This document shows positions 14,301 through 26,869 of a stretch of DNA of 64,000 nt, one piece after another; the stretch's first letter is position 1; the number at the start of each line of letters is the position of its first letter. Source of the DNA: Haplodiscus bocki (lineage: Eukaryota); the NCBI GenBank assembly GCA_965655095.1, contig OZ296655.1, positions 56,420,001 to 56,484,000 of the forward strand, read 5' to 3'. Position numbers and translations under genes: made by a program. The notes under the pieces are model-generated. The model searched no databases and was not told where the DNA came from. It saw only the letters and a list, made by a program, of their open reading frames with translations.

Positions 14301-15645
14301 CCTCAGGCTGCGCAGATGTGCGGCAACACTGCTAAAGTTTGTGTTTTTAAACAAAGAGTTGATGTGAGCTCATACTGAACTACAAGCACATGTTTATTGA
14401 GACAACGGCTCAGTTAAGTTCTCAGGGATTATTTTCAAGTGATGGGAGTTAGTTCAAAGTAACAATTTTTTCAACTGAACAATTGGAACAGTCTTTTGTG
14501 TCTTTTCTTGGTTTTGAGGCTGGTACGAGGATGTACCTTTCATCAAAGAAGCGACAACAAAAAGACTTCAAGAGCATAATGTAATCTGCAGTCAGCACTT
14601 CACCAAAGCAATTAAATGCCCGACGAATGCCGTAATTGTATGACAACTAAGTTACCAGTTTTTCCAAATCTATTTCAGTTTCGCTCGATCTCGGCAAGAT
14701 CCACTGCCGGTAAGACAAATTGGTTGAAAATCCCAGCATTTATCCCAACAACAGTTTCAAATCCCAGCATTTATTAGATTTTTACGTTTATTAACAATAA
14801 ATGAACTGCTTCTGGGTTATTGTGATCCAACCACCGATCCATTGGCCAAAATCTCTCCAAAAAAACCCGGACATTTTTATGACGTCCCGTACCCGTTTAT
14901 AGGAGACCCTATCTTTGAACTTTCTGGTAAGATCCTGGATTCCTGAATTTCCTGGTTGGAATCCTTTATTATTTTCCATGATCTTGCCGGATCCCCATAG
15001 CATTCTTGACAGGAGTATCCAGGAAGTCAAACACTGGGATAATATTGCTTTACCTTTTCTGCAGTGCAACGATTGTTAAGTGCGTGGATAAAATAAAGCG
15101 GAATCATTTGAAGTCAACTCTCGTATGAAACAGCTTTGCGTGATTCTGGTTTTGTTGTTGTCAGTTGTATCATTGATGATTTACATTACATTCTGTCGTA
15201 GGGGACGACCTGCATTGGGGCCGTAGTGCAGCACCCCCGTAGATATTAACACGGATACATCTTGGAACCCCACATGGAGATCAACTGGACTCATACATAC
15301 ACTCTCTTGTCAGTGTCATGTAATTTTATTATCCCGCGAAAAGCGGGATATTGCAATCATCGTCGTGTGTCTGTTTGTCTGTTTGTTTGTTTGTTTGTTT
15401 GTTTGTTAGCAGGATTTCTCAAAAACGACTGGTCGGATTTTGATGAAATTTGGTGAGTAGGGAGGTAACGATCATAGGAAGACCGAGTTCAAAGTTGGGC
15501 GTGATCCGGATTGAAATCCGGATCTGAGATCCGGAAAACTGTTTCTCATGAACTAATGGTCGGATTCTTGGATCAGGATTTCAATCAGATCCTGGATAAT
15601 AGTAATCTGATAAAAGTAATCTGATAAGAGTAATCAGAGCAGTAC

Positions 15646-15719
15646 GGCCCTATAGCTCAGTCGGTAAGAGCATTGTGCTAAAAACGCGAGTGTCGAGTGT
15701 TCGAACCTCTGTGTGGCCA
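15646..15719 (+). pseudogene. tRNA-Ile(AAT)-derived copy 1 (anticodon reads AAA)
   Basis: GGCCCTATAGCTCAGTCGGTAAGAGCATTGTGCTAAAAACGCGAGTGTCGAGTGTTCGAACCTCTGTGTGGCCA. A box, B box, D-arm and anticodon stem are present; a T-run follows. Confidence 0.7.
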
Positions 15720-15773
15720 AAATTTTTTGTTAATCTGATAATAGTAATCTGATAATAGTAATCAGATTAGTAC

Positions 15774-15847
15774 GGCCCCATAGCTCAGTCGGTAAGAGCA
15801 TTGTGCTAAAAACGAGATCGTCGAGAGTTCGAACCTCTGCGTGGACA
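15774..15847 (+). pseudogene. tRNA-Ile-derived copy 2
   Basis: Same 74-nt unit, with mismatches in the acceptor stem. Confidence 0.65.
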
Positions 15848-16060
15848 AAATTTTTTGTTTGTTTCTTTGTTAGTTTGTTTGTTAGCAAGATTTCTCAAAA
15901 TAGGAGGTAATGTATATCAACGACTGGGTTACAACCCAGGATATCCTGTTGGATCCTGATAACAGTTATCTGGAGATCCTGAATGGATCAGGATTTCAAG
16001 CAGATCCAGGATAATAGTAATCTGGTAATAGTAATCTGATAAGAGTAATCAGATAAGTAC

Positions 16061-16134
16061 GGCCCCATAGCTCAGTCGGTAAGAGCATTGTGCTAAAAAC
16101 GCGATCATCGAGAGTTCGAACCTCTGCGTGGACA
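16061..16134 (+). pseudogene. tRNA-Ile-derived copy 3
   Basis: Same 74-nt unit. Confidence 0.65.
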
Positions 16135-16347
16135 AAATTTTTTGTTTGTTTCTTTGTTAGTTTGTTTGTTAGCAAGATTTCTCAAAATAGGAGGTAATGT
16201 ATATCAACGACTGGGTTACAACCCAGGATACCATGTTGGATCCTGATAACAGTTATCTGGAGATCCTGAATGGATCAGGATTTCAAGCAGATCCAGGATA
16301 ATAGTAATCTGATAATAGTAATCTGATAAGAGTAACCAGATAAGTAC

Positions 16348-16421
16348 GGCCCTATAGCTCATTCGGTAAGTGGATTGTGCTAAAAACGCGACGGTCGAGT
16401 GTTCGAATATTTGTGTGGCCA
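16348..16421 (+). pseudogene. tRNA-Ile-derived copy 4 (more degenerate)
   Basis: Same unit; D-arm and T-arm mutated. Confidence 0.6.
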
Positions 16422-16489
16422 AGGTTTTTTGTTAATCTGATAATAGTAATCTGATAATAGTAATCTGATAATATTAATCAGATAAGTAC

Positions 16490-16563
16490 GGCCCTTTAGC
16501 TCAGTCGGTAAGAGAATTATGCTAAAAACGCGAGGGTCGAGAGTTCGAACCTCTATGCGGACA
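16490..16563 (+). pseudogene. tRNA-Ile-derived copy 5
   Basis: Same unit. Confidence 0.6.
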
Positions 16564-19500
16564 AAATTTTAATCCCGCGAAAAGCGGGATATTGCAATCA
16601 CCTTCGTGTGTCTGTCTGTTTGTTTGTTTGTTTGTTTGTTTGTTAGCAGGATTTCTCATAAACTACTGGTCGGATTTTGATGAAATTTGGTGAGTAGGAA
16701 GGTAATGATCATAGGAAGACCGAGTTCAAAGTTGGGTGTGATCCGGATTGAAATCCGGATCTGCGATCCGGATAACTGTTTCTCATGAACTACTGGTCGG
16801 ATTTTGATTGTGGGAAAGTATAGCCAGTCTTTCAATGCAGTAGTGGGTCATACATATTTACAACTTATTCCAAGGATGACTTGTGCAAGGGTGGATGAGT
16901 GGTCTATATGCGAGTCTCGGGAGATGGAGATTATGGTTTCGATCCCCGGTGACAACAGATAATTTTGCAATTTTATATTTTGTTACTGATCCGCGGGACA
17001 ATTATAAAATTTCGTAGTCACCGGGGATTCAACACAGAATCTTCATCTCCAGAGTCTCCCGTCAGTACCACTGCTGTACACTGCCACAACATGAAGAGAG
17101 AAATGGTCGTTTATAAATCGGTGTGGACGCAAAGACAAAAAGGATCAGCGATCTGAAATATCAACGACTGGGTTACGATCCAGGATATCGGAGGGTCCAA
17201 GGGCTTTCGCGGAATCTGCGCTCTCCGAGTGCCATTTTCTAGTTATTCTTGCAGTGCTTTGAGTATCAATTGGCAGCTTTTGTTTTGATTTCCTGGTGTT
17301 ATAGAAGACGTTATTTTGATTCTCAGAAATATTCTGAAATTGGGCCTAATTGGTCATTACGGGTAAACGAGATAACCTCTATGAATGTGAATTGCTCTTC
17401 AAGCCATACTCTCTAAAACATTCCTTTTCTTGAATATAATTTTTGATTAGTCATGAAGTTTGTTTTTATGTTTATTAGAATCTAAATTAACAATTACGTC
17501 ATGAATACTTTTTTGAAGTTATTCTGTCAACGCATTGTGATCACCAAGCATTGCTTGTCTTCCCTGATGTCATACTAATGATAACCTATCGTCACGCTAG
17601 AAATAGCTAGAGGTCAGGATTAGTGATGTTTTCTAGTAACTGTTCCTATTTCTAGCTGACCAATCAGAAGCGAATAGCTAAGTATAAAAGCGGTAACTCC
17701 TGTAACCTTCATTCATTCTTTCACTCGCCTCCATGCAAACCAGCTGCTAAATTCAACAAATTGTTGATTATCGACAGAAGACTCCAAAATTAATCTCTTT
17801 GTAAATCCTTCAATAAACTTGCGAGTTCTCTCAGAAATGTTACCCAATATCTTTTGGTGTAACAATAAAATCCGAACTAAAGCTTCCAGAAACTCCTTTT
17901 TTGACCATGACTTCAAAGAATTGACAAAAGACAAAAAAATTCAAAACCTGCGATGTCTCGAGAGGGAAATGGTTCTTGCATACAACCCATGAGTTTAAAA
18001 ACATTTCTTTTTTTCTGTAATGATGGTGCTTCAAAATAACACCTGCAAGTAGTAGCTCTCTGGGTATCGATGAACTGGTAATGCCCAGCCAAGACTACAC
18101 AAAAGTTGAATTTGTAAAGTCTGCATTTCTCAGTTTGATAATTTGATTCTTACAATATTTTCGTATGCTCCACATCATCATATCATTGTGCTCTGGGCCA
18201 CAAATTTCCTTTTCAGTCATTCTTGTTCGTTTTCGTTGTGACTGATTTCAACTTGGAAAATGAGGTACTCAGAGTGTAACGGACTGAGAAAAGGTTCACT
18301 GCTTTTTTCCGGTATACAAGCAATGAAATTTCGCCAGTATTTTTCAATACGGAAGCAGAAATTACCGCCACCATGTTTCCGGTAAACTGCCAATAACGCC
18401 CCTTTCTCCGTTTTATAACCGCTTCTCTGGCTACTTTTGACCACCGTTAGCGCCCTTATACCAATATTCTGGACCCAGGAACTGTTGTGGCTCGATAAAA
18501 TTTCTGTAGCGAGTACCATGGGAATTAATTGGTCTTTCACTTGGGTTGTTTATATGACGTGTCTCAGTTTGTAAGGAATATCACATTGTAAAGATTCCAA
18601 TCACATTCGGGCGCTGGGCAGTTTTGAGGGTTTTTGAACACAAGATCACTAGGTGACGACTAAGAAGGCTGAATGAAAAAAAAACTAATGATATTGATTT
18701 TTGTGAAATATCTGAGTGTTTCTTTAATCACGCTTATTCGTCACCCAAAACATGTATGTATCTCCTGAAATACATGAGGCTTTTCATTAAAATTTCTACA
18801 CTACAAAAAAGCCGTGGTTTTGTCTAAGAGAGTGTTTTCATATTACAATTTAACTCACCACTTTTTTCCTTCAAATGATTAAATCACAAAAACAGTTTGT
18901 TAAACAAATATATCGAAAAAAATGTGTCAAATATTTCTGAAGTTTGGCTTGCTTGAAAAACAATTTGTTGCCCGTCTGCAGATAACAATCTATCGGTTTT
19001 CGTCCGAACCAAACAAAACTTCACCCTGGTGACCCCACAAGACGTGTGTCTGTCTTCGAGTGATAGATAATGAAAGCGGAATAAATTCCGCCCTAATTTA
19101 TTGGTGTATGGATTTGCCTTGCCGGACGCCATTGCCTGGTATATAGCTTGTACTTTTTGAGGAGGTGGTCTCTTAGTGACGCTTGTTCGCCTATTCAGTT
19201 CTGAGTTCCCGCAATAACTCACAGAGGTGAGCTAGTAGTTGTTAAAGGGAATCAGTGACTGCTCTAATCTGCAGGGCAACTTCTTCAGACCTGCAGATAC
19301 GCTCGATGATGTCTGTACTTCGTCATCTGACATTCCCCTTGGAGTATTTTCGAACAAACTTTCAGTTTCGGTACTACTATCTATGTCATCGGTATAGATG
19401 GCTACTACTATATAGTCCTTTTCATAGATTGGAAAACGGGCTCAGACGAAGGTATTGATTGTTCATTTTAGTGAGGTTAATGTCAATTTTGACAGCAGAA

Positions 19501-22500
19501 AAGTAAGTTATTTACAAAAGTAAGATTGAACGAAATCAGAGTTTTATGTCAATGATGATGTGACGTTATCGTGACGAGACGTTCTGCCTTTCATTATCAA
19601 CATAAGGGTTGTTGTCTTGATTTCTGTTTTTTCGAGCCCAATCACTCACACTAATTGGTCTTGTGGCATTTGAATTGGTCACGGGATCGTGATTCTGGCC
19701 CTGTAGTTGGATGCTGGTTTTCAGACCTGATTATACTCAACAGGTGATAACGATAATCGGGCCTCATTTAGCACATATGGTTCATACTGATCTTACTGCA
19801 TCCTAATTGGATGTCTTTTTAATGTCATCGTTTTTTAAACAAATATAGCAAAGATGGGTAAAATCATTTCGATTATTTCCAATTGACTAGTCTAACGAAA
19901 AGTGTACCGTGTTTAAATGCAATTGTTCACGGACACTTATGAATCAGTTCACATTGTATCACTGAACACGATTTTTATACTGCGTTATGATGTTACTTTC
20001 TTCTGCTGTCCCAAACACGGTGCTTATATCACGAAAATTACACCGCGATATAAATATAACTAATTTCCACTCATTGCACTATTAGTGAAAAGTTGATGCT
20101 GGTTTTACTTGACGAGGTCGTTGTTTCGTGATTTGGAAGATTTCCACTAAAGTCGCGGTAGGCACTTCACGAACGTTATCGTAGCACAGATTTAGTTATA
20201 TAAGACGTAAATGGCGTTCATAACCTTTGGGCAGAAGTAATTTGACACAATGGTTTTCATATCGGTGTGTGAGTATGGAGCTCGATAAATTGCTTATGTA
20301 TTAAGTTATAATAAATATTTGAAGGCTTCATAACATATGACAAAGGCTAATTGCATATTCGTAATTATGTTGGGTTCATATTTCCATCATGCTGGCATGA
20401 CAATGGAAACTTGAAAAGCCGAAGTACCCCAAGACCAATCAGATTTTGTTCATGTTGACTTCATACTTGAGAGTTTTGAAAGTAACCAGCAAACAATAGT
20501 TATCTATTACTTTCAGTAATGACGAGTACAGATTAAAGGGCTTTTACGGTGTTATTAGGAGAACTATCGTTCAATTTTGAGCTTTCGGAGTATTTTATTC
20601 TAAACTAAGCTTTAGGTATCGATGCCAGCGATTAAGAAGAGGAACATAGCAGCAGAATCAAACTCTCGGGAAATAAAACCTTTTTTTGGTGAAGAAGACA
20701 TTACCATCACATTAAATTAACTCCTTAGTTTGAAGAAAGTCATGAAATTTATGCAAACGTGCCCAGAGAAGAAAAAAGAGAAAGTAAGGTGGTAAATAAA
20801 AAAGTTTGCATTTGGCCCTGCAGTGATTTTGCAAAGAAACCAGCCAACTTCAAGTTAATTTGCAGGCTTATGGTTGAGAATAGAACTCTCTTTTGGTCAG
20901 CGTTTTGAAGAATATGAAAAGTTTGACTTTACATTGCCTCCTTGCATCCTTCAGACTCATTTCAGAACGACCAAGTATAGCAAGAGTGTTTCATTGTCCA
21001 TATAGTGTCGCCGTGGCTTGGTGAGAAAAACCAAATAAGACACCAACAGTTCCCTGGTAAGGTATACTTTGACCTTCGTGACTGGCTTCTTTCGGGAATG
21101 AGCTTGTTTTGCCTTCTCTTAGAAATAACTTGCAAAAAATGAATGACGTATATTGAAGATTTATGATTTTATTTTATGGCATCAGCGTCTTCTGTGTCTC
21201 TCCAGTGACCCAATGAAACGAAGTTCGCCTGTGAGCACGAGTTTATAAGTAAACATTGCTATGCCAACTACTTTGTCTAATAGACACCCACGATGTCGTT
21301 TGCTACTATGGAAAAATTGCACACGTTTCAGCAGTGCAAATCTCTGTGGATTTTTCGTTTTTTTTTGTAGTTTGCTTCTCTAGAACTGTAGTTAATAATT
21401 TCAAATTATTTTACAAATTGGAATGCCTCCAAAACCATGATTTTCTTTTCGTGTCAAATGTTTTAACGTATTCGATAAATTGTGATGAAATTATTAGTTT
21501 TTGGAAAACACATGGAGAACTATCATTGGAATTTTTGCAACCTTAATACAATTTCAAAGTATTGAATGGTATATTGTGTTCCGTCTGCAGATCTTTTCTC
21601 TCTGATAACATTTGGAAGACAGTTTTCCAAAATACAATACTCTCCAAAGACAAGTCATTCTAGACTACACTTCTGACATGTGCAGTTGTACCTCTTATTC
21701 CTATCCGATAATGATGAATAAAAAATTTTTATACAACGGCTGGAATTTGAGGTCCCCGGTTGTCCCTCCAGGATCTGGAAGAAATCAGAGATAAGTTTTC
21801 GAGGGACAGATGAAAAAATTTAAGGATCCACCAGTTTCATAACTTTCATCATGAGTTTCAGCTTCAGCTTAAAAAAAGTAGAAACAAGTGAGTCGAGTTT
21901 GCATGTGCAATAATTTTGAGCTGAGAAATGATTGGTGTTTGTTTGTTTTGAACGTCTGGGAATTTATACTCACTTCTTATGCGATAAAGTTATCACACTC
22001 AACTTTCTCTCACTTGCTTCGGAATAGCAAAGCTTCTCCTCATTCGTCATTGAAAGAAAATAAAAAAGTTACAAACTATAATATTTTAAAGGATAAACTT
22101 ATGGCATCACCAAAATGAGAAAGAGACTGTTGTATTCTCTGAAATTACTAATATTCTACGGAACAAAAACGCGCATCCACTAATACTTTATTTAAGACTA
22201 GCCGCGCGGTAACCGTTTTCCATTGCTATAAAATGTGACAAAGATAATATAAAGAAAGCAAACGGTAGAAATTTAAATAATGATATGAACGTAATTTACT
22301 TGATCTCTCTAACGGGAAAATGAAGTTTTAAAGTTCAGAAGTCTTGGAACAAAATATTCAACAAAATTAAAACTTCTGATATCATTAACTTTACTGATAC
22401 TTTTGGAACAACGATGAACGATAAATCTTCCAAAATTTTACTCGCAACATTTCTTGAAAACGTATAACAACTCAGCAAAAACCAAAAAAACCTGATTGAC

Positions 22501-23900
22501 CCCACATATTCCCTTGTCTTGACAGAGTTAAAAGTAAGCTCTGCCGAACTGGTACTAAATAGAATGGAAGGCAAAACTTTGGAATGATGAACAAAACCAA
22601 CTGAGGAATATTGGTCCGCGAATGTCGAACTGTAGACAATCTATGAATGGTAAAGCAGGATTAGTATCATTTATACTTATACTACTAATCCACCATAACT
22701 TTACCACGTCACCATTAACTTACCTTATAGCATAATTTCAAGTTAAAATCTCTGATAATTTCTCAACATTCAGAAAATTCCTAGAATGTAGTTTGGAGAA
22801 GTGGCAATTGTCATAGCGTCCTGCAGTGTTGCCAAAAATATCAAAACATGATCCGAAAAACGGTTTACACTCGGTAGTAGTGGCGAAGCATTCACCAGCC
22901 TTTCATTTTAAAAAATGGTTCTGAATTTTCAGGGGGAACAACCTCCGTTGTAAGGCAGGCGGATTACACCATTACTGTGGTAATTACTGTTCTCAGTCAA
23001 CCGATTATTTTCAGTAGTTAATTATGGCCTTTATATTCTCCTATCTCATTTCTACTCATCTACTCGTCATCCAAACCATCTCGTAAGCTGCATCCAAATG
23101 ATGTCATAGGCTAATTTTAAGTTTATATACGTTCACCATAAACATCTGGTTTTTTCAGATCTTTCCTGCCGAGTTGATGGGTCACGCCAACTATGAGTTG
23201 TCCTTGGTGTGTTCTCATTTAATCAAAAAGTTGCGCGTTTTATGTTTTTGGAACAAAATTTTAGCTCCAACGGATGTTTTGATTTCAATCCAGTAGTGAA
23301 GCTCTTAATTAAGCTCCTAAATCAAAAAAAATAACTGCTCTAGAACAGTTACATCTCAGCTTTGGTTAGTCATTTGTACTGTTTGGTCCATTTGGATCAG
23401 AAGTATCGTTCAACCATCAAAAATTTTCTCGTTCTTCTGACTGACATTTGTTAAAGATTTTGGAGTTTTGCAGTGGAAACCTGCCTCTCCTGTCTAAAAT
23501 TTTTTGAAACTAGTATCGCGTTATGACAGCCGCTCAAACCTAATGGAAAATCGCAGTTTTATAGTTTTATAATAACGAAAAGTTGAAACTAACCTCGAGA
23601 GATCTCAGCCCAAAATGGAGAGCTCGAGATTTCTCAGATTTTAGATAAACACCAAAATTTATCAGTGCAGTTTGTATATTTGTTAATTATACAGGAAATA
23701 CGAGCTAATTAAGATTACGAAGGAAATAAAGTTGACTTACCTAGTAGCAGGAATCCCAGAGCAATTGCCGCGAATAGTGGGGGACAAATAGAAAACCCTG
23801 GTAACCCAGGAAATACGAAAGCTGATAACACCGAAAAATGAGACTGTACGACGGCAAAGTTCCAGACTATATTTACGAATAAATATTTGCCACCATTAGG

Positions 23901-26509
23901 GTGACAGAGGGGAGATTACGAGATTACTCGGGTGGAATTGCACAAATAGATGACGAAATTGAAGAAAAATTAAATTTTCGAATTTGCCCAAATTCTACTA
24001 TCAGCCTATTGGCCAGTAGGTATGACATGTCGAACATGCGCTGTTTTCCTATTGGTGGCATGAAAAAACAGCATGATGCCACTTTAGAGTCATTTGGCAC
24101 GATTGAAGGATTCATTATTATCACTCACTCGCTTACCGTCAACAACTTACTCTCTTCTTTCCTCTTTTCTCTTACTCTTAAAAACTTTGAACTTCCTCTT
24201 CTCTTGCCTTTCTCGATCTTCGAAATTATTCTAAGTCAAATTTTGACTTAGCCGCAAAACGCTCATCAGCGAAAATATCCTAAGTCGAATTCTGACTTAG
24301 CCACAAAACGCTCATCAGCGAAAATATTCTAAGTCGAATTCTGACTTAGCCGCAAAACGCTCAACAGCGAAAATATTCCAAGTCAAATTTTGACTTAGCC
24401 GCAAAACGCTCATCAGCGAAAATATTCTAAGTCGAATTTTGACTCAGCCGCAAAATCTCAATAAATCTGAAAAAACCGCCATTCCTCACCTCTTCACACC
24501 GATCAAATGATCCTACAGCAAACACTGCTATCTTCTGGCGCTCTCCCATTGGACGATCACTCGATTGCGCCATAACTGAGTATAAATACCCTGTACGCTC
24601 TCGTTTTATACATTCGCTCTCTTCAGTTAACTAACCTACTTCCCCGAGGCGAAACTCTCTTCTTCTTCACACTTACCATGACTCTAAATCAAAATCCTCA
24701 CCATTGAAATAATTACAAGACAATTTCAAAACTTGTCTTTCCCAAATTTCCTCATCTCCTCAATTAGAATTATTCTAAGACAATTTAAAAACTTTGTCTT
24801 AACCGCGAGTTCTATCTTTCAGAGCCAACTTACCTGCTCTCGATCTACTCACCGAATGATTCTATTGGCTCTCGTCCGAGATTGCAAGTACACGTGACCA
24901 TCCGGGTATAAATACCCAGCGCACATCCATAATATTAATTCGCTCGCTACAATTCACCTACTCAATCCCACGAGGCGCAACTCTTTTCGACCTTCTCCTC
25001 AATTCCTAACTTCTCTTACTTGAATCTTCCATTATCAATCCCCAACGGACAAAACCCAGATCATCACCATTCACCAACATCCACCTGAAGAAAACTAACT
25101 TCAACCCAATTCTTCTACTTCAATGATGGTATCAGTGAGTTCATCGTTTCATTTACTAGCAAAGTAATTCTCTCTAGAAATTCTTAGCAAATTTTTCCAT
25201 TTCAAACCCAATCAGTCAATAAATTACTGGTTATTCGAAAACTGCAAAAGTAAAAGATAAACCCACTCAACAATTACGCGAGTAAACTACCGCGTTTGAG
25301 ACAAGGGAATGTATGAGAAACAGCTCAGTAACCGTGAACACGAGTAACACTGAGTCTGAGATAAAATCTAAAAAGTTAAAACAATTCAAATCCCTCCAAT
25401 GAAATCCGAGGACTATGTCACGGTATAGACGAAAAGGGGAACTGAGACTTCTCGGCCAGTTACTATGTTAAACAAGTACTGAGTCGTTAAATAAAAAAAG
25501 AAAATACATGAAGGCGCCTCGTCAGTGGATTAACACTTGACTAAAGGAGGAACTTAAGGAAATTGACTCAGTTGACTGCTTTATGGCATGTTACTGGAGT
25601 CCTAGTTAAACTGATTACATATAACATAAGAGTAAAACTAAAACAAAACAAAAGGCAAAAAGTCTGAGATTGAAAAAACGAATGTAACCATTCGTCCTGG
25701 CTCCAAAAAGAAAAAAGGCCAAAAAGTTTACCTCAACTTAATTATGATAAACATTTCCAAAAATCTTTGGAAAAATTTGTAAATTCATTATTATCGATTA
25801 TTATTCTCGTTAATTCGAATGATTCAAATATCAGTTAAAAAATTTATACTTGATTTGATGTATTGTATTTATTAAACACTGCGATGCCTTAAACTTCGAA
25901 TTTTTCATAAAAGGTTCCTCCTCGAATATTTCGGATATTCTGATAAATACTTTGGATTTGGCGATACTGGCTGATATTCTTCTTGAAGGGGACAAAAATA
26001 TACAGTGGCGATAATATCTTCTGATACGGGGATAGTACGATAGTGATATATTACAGTTATAATTACAGTTTCTTTCGGGTATATTAGAGTTAAAATTGAT
26101 ATGATAATTGTTATAGATTTGTAGAAAGTTTTATAAAATTTGGAAGATGGCTGCTGAAGTTTATTAATTTGGATTTTTCAAATCTCACCCCTAATAATCT
26201 CACCCATCCGAAATTTCATCTTATCTTGTACACATTTACTTTGTACAAGTTGACTGCCACTTCCGTATATTCATTAAATAATTCATCTCTTAGTTCATAC
26301 TCTTTCTTTGCTCACCAAGTCCTTGCTAGTAGAACTTACGCAACTTTGTTCGCGTGGTTTAGCAAGGCAAATTTACAAAGCTTATAACAGTGTAAGCTTT
26401 TGAGACTTTCTTACACGATAACGCAGACATATGGCCGCACACGCCGCTCAGCAATATTAGCTAGCGAGAACAATAGTAAACAATTAATAACTTAGTACAC
26501 CCGCGACAC
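23901..26509. mobile_element. Putative ~2.6-kb solo LTR or other inserted element
   Basis: Ends GTGACA...CGACAC are flanked by TAGG on both sides (23897-23900; 26510-26513). Contains two duplicated TATAAATACC promoter-like modules, a 49-bp tandem array and a decayed minus-strand ORF. Confidence 0.35.
24225..24455. repeat. 49-bp tandem repeat, ~4.6 copies, each with two palindromes
   Basis: Unit tctaagtcaaattttgacttagccgcaaaacgctcatcagcgaaaatat at ~24230, 24279, 24328, 24377 and 24426. Confidence 0.9.
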
Positions 26510-26623
26510 TAGGAAATGAATTTCAAAAACAAGACACCTTCCATGTATTCATTTGTCAATATTCAAACTATATGCATTAATGCATTACATTAAACTGTTT
26601 CTATGAAATGAGTCTTGTTTCAG

Positions 26624-26869
26624 AAACATCTAACAATTACTACCTTGTGCATATACATGGAAGGCCCGTAACAGTGTATTGCGTAATGGGGAGTGACCCT
26701 AGGAGCTATATCGATATCAACGCTACAGTTACAGCGAGAAATATCAACTACAAGTACTGGAGAGTTCTGCTGGAGTACGATGATTGCCTAATCAGAATCC
26801 AGGTCAAGGACTTCGAGTTTTCTGATGTAAAGGGAATCACCCCTCCGGCCGGAGCGGATAAGTATTATG
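26624..26869 (+). CDS. Internal exon of a host gene, N-terminal half of a GON-like domain
   Basis: Acceptor cttgtttcag| and donor G|GTTAGA (phase 1). Peptide NNYYLVHIHGRPVTVYCVMGSDPRSYIDI...YKYWRV...DFEFS fits the GON consensus (Y.l...g....vYC.M....p.eYl.l ... f.kvR ... D..Fs). Confidence 0.6.

Larger units (their letters stand above)
15325..17244 (+). mobile_element. Helentron-associated non-autonomous element (HINE/DINE-1-like) with a duplicated head and internal tRNA-derived tandem array
   Basis: 5' hairpin tatcccgcgaaaagcgggata, a (GTTT)n tract and the core cggattttgatgaaatttgg. SubTIR ccgcgaaa ... tttcgcgg. 3' hairpin gcgctctccgagtgc followed by CTAGTT (17239-17244). A second head copy starts at ~16571. 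Confidence 0.75.

Noticed and set aside
15126-15227. Signal-peptide-like ORF MKQLCVILVLLLSVVSLMIY as first exon of the GON-like gene
   Set aside because: It stops after 33 codons, and no convincing splice donor links it to the downstream exon.
15646-16563. Functional tRNA-Phe(AAA) or tRNA-Ile gene cluster
   Set aside because: Acceptor and T stems have mismatches, the copies diverge from each other, and they sit inside a transposon; treated as tRNA-derived pseudogenes.
17640-19460. CCAAT/TATA motif followed by stop-riddled reading frames
   Set aside because: Probably old TE debris; no supportable product.
24225-24455. Palindromic repeats resembling a CRISPR array
   Set aside because: The intervening sequences are near-identical rather than unique spacers, there are no cas genes, and the context is eukaryotic.
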